Positions 36,896 through 45,885 of a stretch of DNA of 64,000 bases are shown here, piece after piece; position 1 is the first letter of the stretch, and each line of letters opens with the position of its first letter. Location of the stretch: positions 65,190 to 129,189 of the forward strand of contig CAYHAE010000001.1 of the NCBI GenBank assembly GCA_964354545.1. The letters are read 5' to 3'. A model generated the notes under the pieces. That model had not been told where the DNA came from. It did no database searches and saw only the letters and a list, made by a program, of their open reading frames with translations. The translations under genes and the position numbers were made by a program. The stretch comes from an uncultured Planctomycetia bacterium. GTDB lineage: Bacteria; Omnitrophota; Gorgyraeia; 2-01-FULL-45-10; JAHFGN01.

Positions 36896-38673
36896 GAAAA
36901 ATATTGCATTGCTTGTTGATTTTATATCTGGTATGTGCAAATTCTGTATATGCACTGCAGAAAGGCAATGCAAAGCCGGGTGAAACAATAAGCATTGACC
37001 CCGGCAAGACTACAAAATCGTATGTCAGTGATAAGCTAGGGGAGCCATATCTCATTAAGACGATAGATGGTAAAGAATGCTGGTTTTTTGAGAGCGGCGA
37101 TAATAAGACACAGCCATTTTTGGTTAATGAAAAGACGGTTATATTTATTCAGTTTAACGACAAAGGAATAGTTGAAGATAATTACAGCACAACAGAGAGC
37201 GGTATTCCTCACATAAAAACAAAATCATTGGAGCAGGTCTTGAAGGAGAAGAAAGAGGAAGAAGAAAAGGATGCAAGATGGAGGCAAAATCGCAATACTT
37301 ATGGAAAGCCAGACCAAGAGTCTCGTGATGGAACAGGCGAAACGTGGTATTACATTATAAGCAAAGAACCGACCGATAAGAAAGACACGAATAAGGTGAA
37401 GATGAAGGCAATACGGTTTGACAAATCTGGTAATTTTGTGAAAGAGTGGATGACAAATGCAGTGCTATTTGAGCGAGCACTTACATCAGAAGAGCAGAGC
37501 AACTTCGATGGGGATAGTATACTTAAAGAAGCTCGTCTCCAGACGAGAGAGGCGGTTCGAGACTTGGTTATAGGCGACGCTAATGCCGCCTATAAACAGG
37601 GCTCCGATTTGAATGATGCGAAGCGATATGACAAGGCTATCCCGTGGTTCAAGAGAGCATTAGAACTTAACCCGAAACTTGCTATGGCACATCTGGGGCT
37701 GGCATTTGCTTATCAAAATACCAATCAGAGGGATTTATCCATTCAGTCTTATGAGAATTTTATTGAACTTGATCCAACCTATATGGCGGCATATCTGAAT
37801 CTATCCGCTCAATATATGCTAAAGAACGATATATACAAAGCATACAAGTGCCTCAAAATGGCTCAAACATATAACCAGAATGATAATACCGTAAATAATG
37901 CTATTAAGGCGTTAGAGGGAAGGTACGGAGTGGCCTTGGCGGTATCGGAGCAGGTAGAAAAAGACAAATCTCACTCACAGGTTATTCAGGCTGGCAATCT
38001 TGTATATGTGGGACCTTCATATTATAAAGAAGGGCAGGTTCCTATAACATCTACTGAACAAAAAGTTTTTGATGAGTATAATAGTTTTATCAAAGAATTA
38101 GAGAAGACCAAGCCCCTCGAAGCAGAAGGAAGGAAAATGGTACAGGAAAAGTTTATATCGTTAGCAAATAAATACAATATGACACAACAGAATCTAACAT
38201 TATTATTACTCAAGATCGCATACAGAGAAATTCCACCAGATACTTATGTCCCACCATCAGAAAATCCTATTGATACGAACGATGTAAACAAGGATAAATA
38301 CGAGGCTATGACACCTGAGGAACGAACAGCAGTTGTGAAGGATTGGAACGCAGAAACAGACTCTGAAAAGCTTCAGCAGAAAGCTCTAACGGCTGAAGCA
38401 AGAGGTGATTACAAGAATGCCATGAATTCATATAAAGAGATATTAACATTAAAAGAGATACAAGATGATTTAGTGCCTATGATACACTCGGGATTGCAGC
38501 GGTGCTATGAAAAATTGAAGGATGCAACCAATGAGAAAACGGAATTAACCTGGATTAATGATTATGTACTTGCTCCCGCAGGTAAGTATAATCATATGGT
38601 TAAATATTTTACAAATACGGTAAAGAACTATCTGAGAGAAAGAATGGCAAGGTATGGCATAAAGCCGAATTAG
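36892..38673 (+). CDS. secreted TPR-repeat protein
   Basis: Signal peptide MRKILHCLLILYLVCANSVYA. TPR repeats (AIPWFKRALELNPKLAMAHLGLAFAY..., ENFIELDPTYMAAYLNLSAQY...). Confidence 0.6.
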   Translation: MRKILHCLLILYLVCANSVYALQKGNAKPGETISIDPGKTTKSYVSDKLGEPYLIKTIDGKECWFFESGDNKTQPFLVNEKTVIFIQFNDKGIVEDNYSTTESGIPHIKTKSLEQVLKEKKEEEEKDARWRQNRNTYGKPDQESRDGTGETWYYIISKEPTDKKDTNKVKMKAIRFDKSGNFVKEWMTNAVLFERALTSEEQSNFDGDSILKEARLQTREAVRDLVIGDANAAYKQGSDLNDAKRYDKAIPWFKRALELNPKLAMAHLGLAFAYQNTNQRDLSIQSYENFIELDPTYMAAYLNLSAQYMLKNDIYKAYKCLKMAQTYNQNDNTVNNAIKALEGRYGVALAVSEQVEKDKSHSQVIQAGNLVYVGPSYYKEGQVPITSTEQKVFDEYNSFIKELEKTKPLEAEGRKMVQEKFISLANKYNMTQQNLTLLLLKIAYREIPPDTYVPPSENPIDTNDVNKDKYEAMTPEERTAVVKDWNAETDSEKLQQKALTAEARGDYKNAMNSYKEILTLKEIQDDLVPMIHSGLQRCYEKLKDATNEKTELTWINDYVLAPAGKYNHMVKYFTNTVKNYLRERMARYGIKPN

Positions 38674-38710
38674 CACCCCTTGCAGCTTATCGTTTTATAG
38701 CGTGACCCAG

Positions 38711-38765
38711 AAACCTCCGGGACGTTTACACGTTCCATCCCAGATCCACCCCCGAATGCCCATCG
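38711..38765. repeat. cassette-punctuating GC-rich element, copy 4 (right edge of the AT-rich island)
   Basis: CCTCCGGGACGTTTACACGTTCCATCCCAGATCCACCCCCGAATGCCCATCG. Confidence 0.65.
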
Positions 38766-38845
38766 CTTGCTAATTCTTTCCCCCCGGAGTATAATGTGTA
38801 CGCGCCACAGATGACCAGTGCGCATATCAAAAAAAGGGGGATCGC

Positions 38846-40519
38846 ATGAAACGATTGGCCGCCACTATTTTAATATTGTTCTTTTGTTCGAAGACCGCAG
38901 TATGTCAGACAGAAGAGGGCGTCTCCTCTACCATCAAGGCAGTGACGCTCTTTCCCTATCAGGCCCTTGTAAGCCGGGAGGCGTCTCTCAAGGTGGGCAA
39001 GGGGCCCCAGAAGGTCCTTCTCGATGTCCAGGCGTTCAACGTCGACAAGGACTCGGTCTCGGCGGCGGTCTTCGGCGACGGAGAGGTCGTGGGAGTCCAG
39101 CTCAAGGACAAGTACCTCACCGAGATGCCTCAGCCGGCGATCAGGGAGCTCGAGAAGAAGCTCGAGGAGCTGAAGGATTCGCGCAAGGCCTTAGAGCGCG
39201 CAAGGACCGTCTCCGCGAAGAAAGAAGAGTTCCTCGACGGGATCGTGAAGTTCTCTCAGGTGCAGGTGCCCCAGGAGATGAAGACCTCTTTCCCCAAGCC
39301 CGAGGACCTGACCAATACGCTCACGTTCCTCGGAACGAACTTCACGCAGGTCTACAAAGAAAAGGACGGTCTGGATATTCAGCTTCGGGAGATGGACAAG
39401 GAGATCGAGCGTGTCGCGAATGAGCTCGAGGCAGTCCGCGGCCCTGCCGACAAGGCCAAGAAAGTCATAGAGATAATATTCGATTCCAGGAAAGAGCAGG
39501 AGATCAGGATCGACGCGAGCTACCTCGTCTCGTACGCGGGGTGGGAACCGCTCTACAGGGCCGATGTGCCGGAAGGCCTCGGCACGATCGGGCTTACCAT
39601 GTTCGCCTCGTGCGGCCAGACGACGGGCGAGGATTGGAAGAACGTGCGGCTTACCCTGTCGAATGTCGCGCCCCTTATGGGGGGCGGCCTTCCTGATCCG
39701 GGCATGTGGGGTATTTCCATCGTACCAAAGGCCCCGCCGCCGTCCCGCTCGAGAGAGATGGCCATGTATAAAGCCAAAGCAGTGGTGGCGGATTATGCGA
39801 CAGCGGATTCCGAGGCGGGTGGCATAGGAGGAGCCGAAGAATATCCGGTTAAAGAAGAGGCGTCATATGCAGTCGCCGGACGCGCGGAAACGCCGCTCTC
39901 GTTCGAATACCTCCTCCCCCAGGCCCTCGATATCCTCTCGAGGGAGGAGCACTCGATCCTGCCCGTCATCACGAAGAATATAAAAGGCGAATATTTCCAT
40001 TTTTCGGCACCCCAGATAAGCTCGCTCGTCTTCCTCGTGTGCAGGGCGCAGAGCGACCGCGAGCTTCTCAGCGGCATGCTCAATATCTATTTTGGAGGAA
40101 GGTTCGTCGGCAAGGTGACGCTCGACGAAAAGAAGCCGGGAGAACCGTTCGACATCCCGCTCGGCGCAGATCGGCAGGTCACCGTAAAGCGCGAAAAGGT
40201 CCTGGATAAGAAGGACGAGACCTTCATCGGAAAGATCGAGCGGATGACGGTGATACGCACGATGGTCTTTAAGATCACGGCAGAGAACGCGAAGGACAAA
40301 CCGGCGACGCTTCTCCTGATCGATTCGGTCCCCGTATCCTCCACCGATAAGGTCGTCGTGAAAGACGTGAAATTCTCCATCCCGCCCTCCGAGAAGGATC
40401 ATCTCGGCAGGGAAGGTGTCATGCTCTGGAAGATCGCCCTCGGGCCGCGCGAGACAAAAGAGCTTACCGTGGAGTTTACGGTGACGTACCCAAAGGATGA
40501 GACCATCGCCGGCCTGTGA
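38846..40519 (+). CDS. secreted DUF4140/DUF4139-type (MuiA-like) protein
   Basis: Signal peptide. N-terminal pattern AVTLFPYQALVSREASLKV. Coiled-coil middle. Very GC-rich. This is a family resemblance only. Confidence 0.5.
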   Translation: MKRLAATILILFFCSKTAVCQTEEGVSSTIKAVTLFPYQALVSREASLKVGKGPQKVLLDVQAFNVDKDSVSAAVFGDGEVVGVQLKDKYLTEMPQPAIRELEKKLEELKDSRKALERARTVSAKKEEFLDGIVKFSQVQVPQEMKTSFPKPEDLTNTLTFLGTNFTQVYKEKDGLDIQLREMDKEIERVANELEAVRGPADKAKKVIEIIFDSRKEQEIRIDASYLVSYAGWEPLYRADVPEGLGTIGLTMFASCGQTTGEDWKNVRLTLSNVAPLMGGGLPDPGMWGISIVPKAPPPSRSREMAMYKAKAVVADYATADSEAGGIGGAEEYPVKEEASYAVAGRAETPLSFEYLLPQALDILSREEHSILPVITKNIKGEYFHFSAPQISSLVFLVCRAQSDRELLSGMLNIYFGGRFVGKVTLDEKKPGEPFDIPLGADRQVTVKREKVLDKKDETFIGKIERMTVIRTMVFKITAENAKDKPATLLLIDSVPVSSTDKVVVKDVKFSIPPSEKDHLGREGVMLWKIALGPRETKELTVEFTVTYPKDETIAGL

Positions 40520-40549
40520 TCTTAGCCACCTGCGCGGTGGGCATGAATA

Positions 40550-41206
40550 ATGGCGAGGCTTATGGTGAAATTGATCATATTTGACTTGGACGGAACGCTT
40601 GTCGATGCGTATACGGCGGTGCAGAAGAGCCTCAATTTTACATTGCGGAAATTGGGATATCCTGCAGTGGGCCTCACGGCCGTAAAGAGGTCAGTGGGGT
40701 GGGGAGATAAGAACTTCCTGAAGAGGTTCGTGCGCCCGAAAGATTCCAAAGACGCGCTCGCGATCTACCGCGCCCACCATAGCCCGTCCCTCCTCCGCTA
40801 CTCGAGGGTCAAGCCGCACGCGCTCAGGATCCTTGCGGCTCTCAAGAAAAGAGGGTGCCGGCTGGCGATCGCGAGCAATAGGCCTGTAAAGTTCAGCTCT
40901 CTCCTTCTGCGGCACCTGGGGTTGAGGAAGTATTTTGACCTCGTGGTATGCGCGGAGAATAGAGGCGACATCAAGCCGAAGCCGCGCCTCTTGCTCAAGG
41001 CGCTCCGGAGGTTCAAGGTAGACAGGGCCGACGCCCTCTACGTAGGGGACATGGTGATCGATATGCGCGCGGGAAGGAACGCGGGGATACGGACGGTCGC
41101 GGTCACAGGCGGGTCCTCTTCCCGGAGAGAGCTCGAGCGGACGAGGCCGTTCAGGATAGTGTCAAGACTCCCGGACGTGCTTTCTCTCGCGCAAGAAGCA
41201 CAATGA
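40550..41206 (+). CDS. HAD-superfamily hydrolase (phosphoglycolate phosphatase-like)
   Basis: Motif I IIFDLDGTLVD and downstream HAD motifs (VGDMVIDMRAGRNAG). Confidence 0.7.
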   Translation: MARLMVKLIIFDLDGTLVDAYTAVQKSLNFTLRKLGYPAVGLTAVKRSVGWGDKNFLKRFVRPKDSKDALAIYRAHHSPSLLRYSRVKPHALRILAALKKRGCRLAIASNRPVKFSSLLLRHLGLRKYFDLVVCAENRGDIKPKPRLLLKALRRFKVDRADALYVGDMVIDMRAGRNAGIRTVAVTGGSSSRRELERTRPFRIVSRLPDVLSLAQEAQ

Positions 41207-41282
41207 GCACGCGCGATGATTCTCTTGCACCGCATGGGGTATATTGATATAATAGTGACGAAGAGAGACTAAAGATAAGCCG

Positions 41283-41642
41283 ATGAAAAAGACCATCCTC
41301 GTCATAGTCATGTTATTCGCAGCATCCTGCGTCTTTGCGGAAGGGCTGGACACATTGATCGAAGTCGGGGAGAGCCAGAAGGCGATCGCGAAGGAGCAAG
41401 AACAGGAGACGAAATCTTTCGAAGCGGTGAAGAGGGCGATCGAGAGCGGCAAGATCAAGGAAGGACAGCCCAAGGGTTCGATACGTGACGGGTACGGCGA
41501 GCCCGTGATCGTCACCCGTGAGGCGGGTAACAGAGAAAAATGGGTCTATATGCCCGCGGCCTCCACATTCTTCAAGGGGGTCAAGGTATACTTATTCTTT
41601 GACGAGAGCGATCGGCTGACTGAGATCAAAGTTACGACGTAA
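41283..41642 (+). CDS. small secreted hypothetical protein
   Basis: Signal peptide MKKTILVIVMLFAASCVFA. No known domain. Confidence 0.45.
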   Translation: MKKTILVIVMLFAASCVFAEGLDTLIEVGESQKAIAKEQEQETKSFEAVKRAIESGKIKEGQPKGSIRDGYGEPVIVTREAGNREKWVYMPAASTFFKGVKVYLFFDESDRLTEIKVTT

Positions 41643-41770
41643 ACGATGATGACTCATCGTGTATCGGAACCCCGCCTGATAAATCTATCCATAGACATAT
41701 CCGTAATAATAATTTCTAACAACACAGATAACACGACCACCTTTTTTCTCAATAGCGGAGAACGTATCTT

Positions 41771-42565
41771 GTGAAATCGTTTTTATTGGTAGTTTTTTAT
41801 GTGGTCCTCTTCTTGGTCGCCGTGCGATATATCGAAAGCCGCAGCATCTATTTCCCGATGAAAGGCCTTGAGCTCACCCCGCAATCGGCGGGGTTGGCCT
41901 ACGAGGACGTCTATTTTAAGACGTCCGACGGAATACGGCTAAACGGCTGGTTCATCGCGAGTCCCCAGGCGAGATTTACGGCCGTCTTCTGCCACGGCAA
42001 CGCAGGGAATATCGGCCATCGGCTGGAGAAGATCTCGATCGTGCGCGATCTTGGCCTTAACATATTCATCTTCGATTATCGCGGGTATGGGAAGAGCCAG
42101 GGAAGACCGTCCGAGAAAGGGTTATATAAAGACGTACGCGCCGCCTACGATTATCTCGTGTCGGCGCGCAAGGTCCCGAAGGACACGATCATCCTCTACG
42201 GCGAATCTATCGGCGGCGCCGTTGCGATCGACCTTGCGCACAAGGTGCCTGTTAGGGCCCTCATCACTGAAGAAACCTTTTCATCGATCAAAGACATGTC
42301 CGGGATCGCATACCCGTTCATTCCGTATTTTATATTCTCAACACGCTTTGATTCCGTTTCCAAGATAAAGGATGTGAAATGCCCCACGCTCATCATCCAC
42401 AGCGTCGATGACGAGATCGTGCCCTATAATTTAGGCAGAAAATTGTATTACGCGGCGCGGCTGCCGAAAAAGTTCCTCGAGATAAGGGGCGGCCACAATA
42501 CCGCGTTCCTCGATTCGGAGAAGCAATTCCGGGAAGGCATTAAGGCGTTTTTGGACAGTCTGTAA
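41771..42565 (+). CDS. alpha/beta-fold hydrolase
   Basis: HGNAGN oxyanion region, nucleophile elbow GESIGG, downstream Asp and His (GGHN). GTG start. Confidence 0.7.
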   Translation: MKSFLLVVFYVVLFLVAVRYIESRSIYFPMKGLELTPQSAGLAYEDVYFKTSDGIRLNGWFIASPQARFTAVFCHGNAGNIGHRLEKISIVRDLGLNIFIFDYRGYGKSQGRPSEKGLYKDVRAAYDYLVSARKVPKDTIILYGESIGGAVAIDLAHKVPVRALITEETFSSIKDMSGIAYPFIPYFIFSTRFDSVSKIKDVKCPTLIIHSVDDEIVPYNLGRKLYYAARLPKKFLEIRGGHNTAFLDSEKQFREGIKAFLDSL

Positions 42566-42624
42566 AAGGGGACAGGCGTGATCTTAAAAATGAAAACGTC
42601 CCAGAGAAATGCGAAGGAGGGTGT

Positions 42625-43083
42625 ATGAAAAAATATCTTATTATGCTGCTCCTTTTATTCCTTAGTACGCAGGCGCTCGCGTACCGGTTCGAAGAATATG
42701 AGTGGGGTTCGCTCTTAAGAAGGGTCCACGAAAAGGTGAAGGATAAGAAGAACGTCGCCGTTGAAAAGAACCGCATTACGTATGACGATAGGATCGCGGG
42801 CAGTGAGTGCAAGGTGGTCCTCGCGTTCACCCCGGAGACGGAGATGCTTGCGCGCATAACGTTGGAATGGAAGACCGCCTACCCGGGGGATAAAGTGCTG
42901 AAGTATGTCCTGGAAGACAATAGTGTTCCGCACCACAGGGATGATTTCTCAAAGAAGTACACGTGGGGAGGGTCTGATTCAGATAATAGGATCGAGCTCG
43001 ATTACGGCTCGGGGAAGACGGTGCTCACCTATTATGGCGGCGAGTTTTGGAGAAGATTCCAGGAAGAAAAGACGGATAAGTAA
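42625..43083 (+). CDS. secreted hypothetical protein
   Basis: Signal peptide MKKYLIMLLLLFLSTQALA. Confidence 0.45.
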   Translation: MKKYLIMLLLLFLSTQALAYRFEEYEWGSLLRRVHEKVKDKKNVAVEKNRITYDDRIAGSECKVVLAFTPETEMLARITLEWKTAYPGDKVLKYVLEDNSVPHHRDDFSKKYTWGGSDSDNRIELDYGSGKTVLTYYGGEFWRRFQEEKTDK

Positions 43084-43092
43084 CGGATGTCC

Positions 43093-43572
43093 TTACGGTT
43101 CCTTCGAATAACCGCTTGCATCGGTTCCCGGCGGCTGGGCCGGGGGGGCCGGGGGTTTTTCCGGTCCTTCGGTCCGCGGGCGGTACGGCATTGCTTCCGG
43201 TGACGGCTCCGGAGGACGCGGCGCCGCCGCTTTCTTGCGAAGCTCGGAGAGTTCACGCTCCAGCTCCTTTATCTTCCCCTCCTCATTCGTGTTGAGCTTC
43301 TCCAGCCTTTCGACCCTGTCTTTTAGCTCAGAGGCCTCATCTTCCACTTTTCCCGCGCGCTCATCGGCCTGCACCCTCAGCTTATCGGACGCCGCAAGCT
43401 TATCCGCGGACGCTTTCAGCTGTTGATCCCTCTGGGCAAGGAGATTTTTGTTCTCTTCAGCCTCTGCGAGGAGTTTCTTGATCTTCTCCTCAGAAGTGCT
43501 CTGGAGCGCAAAGAGTATTCCCATGCCGCACAGCGCCAATCCAATGAAGATCACGATATATATCACTATCAT
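43093..43572 (-). CDS. membrane-anchored coiled-coil protein with Pro-rich C-terminus
   Basis: N-terminal TM helix. Heptad-rich central region. PRPPEPSPE...PPAPPAQPP tail. Confidence 0.5.
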   Translation of the reverse strand: MIVIYIVIFIGLALCGMGILFALQSTSEEKIKKLLAEAEENKNLLAQRDQQLKASADKLAASDKLRVQADERAGKVEDEASELKDRVERLEKLNTNEEGKIKELERELSELRKKAAAPRPPEPSPEAMPYRPRTEGPEKPPAPPAQPPGTDASGYSKEP

Positions 43573-43864
43573 TTCACCATTCCTTCTTTTGTTATGGGCC
43601 CGCGCCTCCCGGTGCTCGTATATATGATATCATGCGCATGCAAAAAAGGCAAAAATATTTCTTAAGTGCACGATGTACCCCTTACACGTCCGAGCCTGCG
43701 CAATAATCATTTGTCTTTAAATATCTTTAATGTTATTATGGTACCGTTCCGCGTCACACTACGCGTGGCGCGATACGCGTTGCGTATGGCGCGAGGGCGG
43801 GGGAACGCGCCTCGCAGGGGGACGGAGCGCAGGCTAAAGGGAAAGCAGGATAACAGGGCCCGCA

Positions 43865-45130
43865 ATGAAAAAGATCATCTTTCCGATCGCTACGGTATTC
43901 CTTGCCGCGGCCGCGGCGGCCCTCATCGCCGAGGCGGCCCTGAGGGTCTATGGCCTCTTCGACAAGAACAGGGGCCTCAAGAATTGCATGGGCGACATCA
44001 ATAGGAAATACTGCTTTTCCTTCAAGCCGAACAGCCGTTTCCGGCTCATCGCGTCGAAAGGCGGCGAATATAACGTCGCCGTGAGGATCAACAATTACGG
44101 CTTCCGCGGCAAAGACATCTCGAGGGAGAAGAAAGAGGGGACCGTGAGGATACTGGTGATGGGCGATTCCTTCACCTTCGGGGTGGGGGCGGAAGAGGAC
44201 GAAACGATACCCTCTTTGATCGAACGGTATCTCAACGACGAAGGGATACGCGCGGAGGTGATCAACGCCGGCTTCGGGAACTATTCACCGCTCCTGCACT
44301 ACGTGAAGGCGCGGGGAGAGTATGCGGACTTTCACCCGGATATCGCCGCGTACTTTTATGACTTCTCGGACCTCGCCGATGATTGGCGCGGGGAGAGGAG
44401 CCTCGTGTACGATAAGTCAGGCCGGATCGCGCGGTGCGACCCCGCATTCACCGACGGAAAGTTCGATTGGTGGAAGGCCGCGCGGATGAAGAGCCGGCTC
44501 TGTTCGTATATCCACAACAAGGTGATACGGCTCGTCGAGAAGATACGGATACTCGGCCTCGGGACCTACCTCAAGGCGAAGATGGAGGGGAAGCACGCGA
44601 AGGCCCTCATCGTGGACAGGGAGAGGAGCGGCGTCAATCCGATAGAATTCGACGGATACCTCATGATACGGGGGAGGGACAGGCTGCCTTTGATAAAAGA
44701 TCATTTCACCCGGAGCGAAAAGTACCTGGATCTCCTGAAGGGCGTCTTCGCCGCACAGGGCTCGCCGATGCTCCTCGTCATCTACCCTTACGGCATCCAC
44801 GTCGGCCCCCGGCAGTGGGGAAAGGGCCGGACGTACTGGGGGTTTGAGGAAGGGAGGGTGTACGATGATCATTATGCCTTTGACATCCTGGAAGACTACG
44901 CGAGGAGGAGCGGACTTCCGTGCATCAATCTCCTGCCGGATTTTTTGGCGAACAGGGATACGGGGCTCTTCTTCGACCTCGACGGCCACTTTACCCCTGC
45001 GGCGAACAGGATCGCGGCCCGCGCCGTCGTGAACAACGCCGCGTTCAGAAAGGAGATCTCGCGCGTACTGGGGCGTGACGTATCGGCGAGCCGCCGGGAG
45101 GCAGAGCCGGCGCGGACGACGGAACGATAG
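43865..45130 (+). CDS. SGNH/GDSL-family hydrolase-like protein
   Basis: Block I VMGDSFTFG. Signal-anchor N-terminus. About 420 aa. Confidence 0.55.
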   Translation: MKKIIFPIATVFLAAAAAALIAEAALRVYGLFDKNRGLKNCMGDINRKYCFSFKPNSRFRLIASKGGEYNVAVRINNYGFRGKDISREKKEGTVRILVMGDSFTFGVGAEEDETIPSLIERYLNDEGIRAEVINAGFGNYSPLLHYVKARGEYADFHPDIAAYFYDFSDLADDWRGERSLVYDKSGRIARCDPAFTDGKFDWWKAARMKSRLCSYIHNKVIRLVEKIRILGLGTYLKAKMEGKHAKALIVDRERSGVNPIEFDGYLMIRGRDRLPLIKDHFTRSEKYLDLLKGVFAAQGSPMLLVIYPYGIHVGPRQWGKGRTYWGFEEGRVYDDHYAFDILEDYARRSGLPCINLLPDFLANRDTGLFFDLDGHFTPAANRIAARAVVNNAAFRKEISRVLGRDVSASRREAEPARTTER

Positions 45131-45186
45131 AGGGCCCTGTGAAGGGCGGCGGGACAGGGATACATTAAAAAAGGAGGGCAGTGAAG

Positions 45187-45876
45187 ATGGGAAAGTTTTT
45201 CGTGGGGGCGGCAGTGTGCGTTTCTTTGTTTTTTGGCATGGCAGGCGCCGGGCTGGCAACGACGAACGACGCGCTTGAGAGCCGGATGAACGAGTGCGCG
45301 TATGTGTTGGACGAGATAATGATGATGCCCGAAGAGGGTATCCCCGAAGACCTCCTCGCGCAGTGTGAGGCGATAGGGATCTTTCCCTCGACGATAAGCG
45401 GCGGCTTCGTATTCGGGGGACGGTTCGGCCAGGGTATCGTCGTCGCGCGCGACCCGAATACGAGGAAGTGGGGAGCCCCCGCATTTTTTACGATCGGCGG
45501 CGCGAGCTTCGGCTTCCAGATCGGAGGCCAGGCGACTGACCTTGTCTTTGTCGTAACGTCGAAGAGGGGGATCGACGGCCTCCTCCAGGATAAGGTGACG
45601 CTTGGAGGCGATGCGGCCGTTGCGGCAGGGCCCATGGGAAGGAAGGCGGAGGTGGCGACGGACGTGCTGTTGAAATCGAACATACTCTCGTATTCGAGGA
45701 GCAAGGGCCTCTTTGCCGGCGTCGCGCTCCAGGGCGCTATCGTCGCGGCGAACAAGGATGACGACAGGGCGCTCTACGGCGAAGGTATCACCACCGAAGG
45801 AATATTCAACGGGAGAGTAAAACCGACCAAAGAAGCGGCGAAGCTCATTGCGACACTGAATAAGTATGCGCCGTGA
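45187..45876 (+). CDS. SYLF (Ysc84/DUF500) lipid-binding domain protein
   Basis: Signal peptide. Pattern AIGIFPSTISGGFVFGGRFGQGIVVAR...KGLFAGVALQGAIV is typical of the SYLF domain. Confidence 0.6.
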   Translation: MGKFFVGAAVCVSLFFGMAGAGLATTNDALESRMNECAYVLDEIMMMPEEGIPEDLLAQCEAIGIFPSTISGGFVFGGRFGQGIVVARDPNTRKWGAPAFFTIGGASFGFQIGGQATDLVFVVTSKRGIDGLLQDKVTLGGDAAVAAGPMGRKAEVATDVLLKSNILSYSRSKGLFAGVALQGAIVAANKDDDRALYGEGITTEGIFNGRVKPTKEAAKLIATLNKYAP

Positions 45877-45885
45877 GGGAGGCGT

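Noticed and set aside
33676-38765. CRISPR array hypothesis for the recurring about 90-nt element
   Set aside because: The copies are irregularly spaced at 1.1-2.3 kb, separated by whole genes, longer than CRISPR repeats and imperfect. No cas genes are present.
33084-38800. Classical integron call for the cassette island
   Set aside because: No intI is present in the window. The element lacks a clear GTTRRRY core. At least one cassette has its own consensus promoter and one ORF is reversed. The observation is kept as integron-like or recombination-site-like only.
38818-39423. 201-aa Arg/Gly-rich ORF on the plus strand
   Set aside because: It is an alternative frame of the DUF4139-like gene (38846-40519). 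It is low-complexity. The in-frame gene has a signal peptide and coherent domains.
44417-45484. 355-aa ORF on the minus strand
   Set aside because: It is antisense to the SGNH hydrolase and SYLF genes. The translation is Arg/Pro/Ser-rich nonsense.
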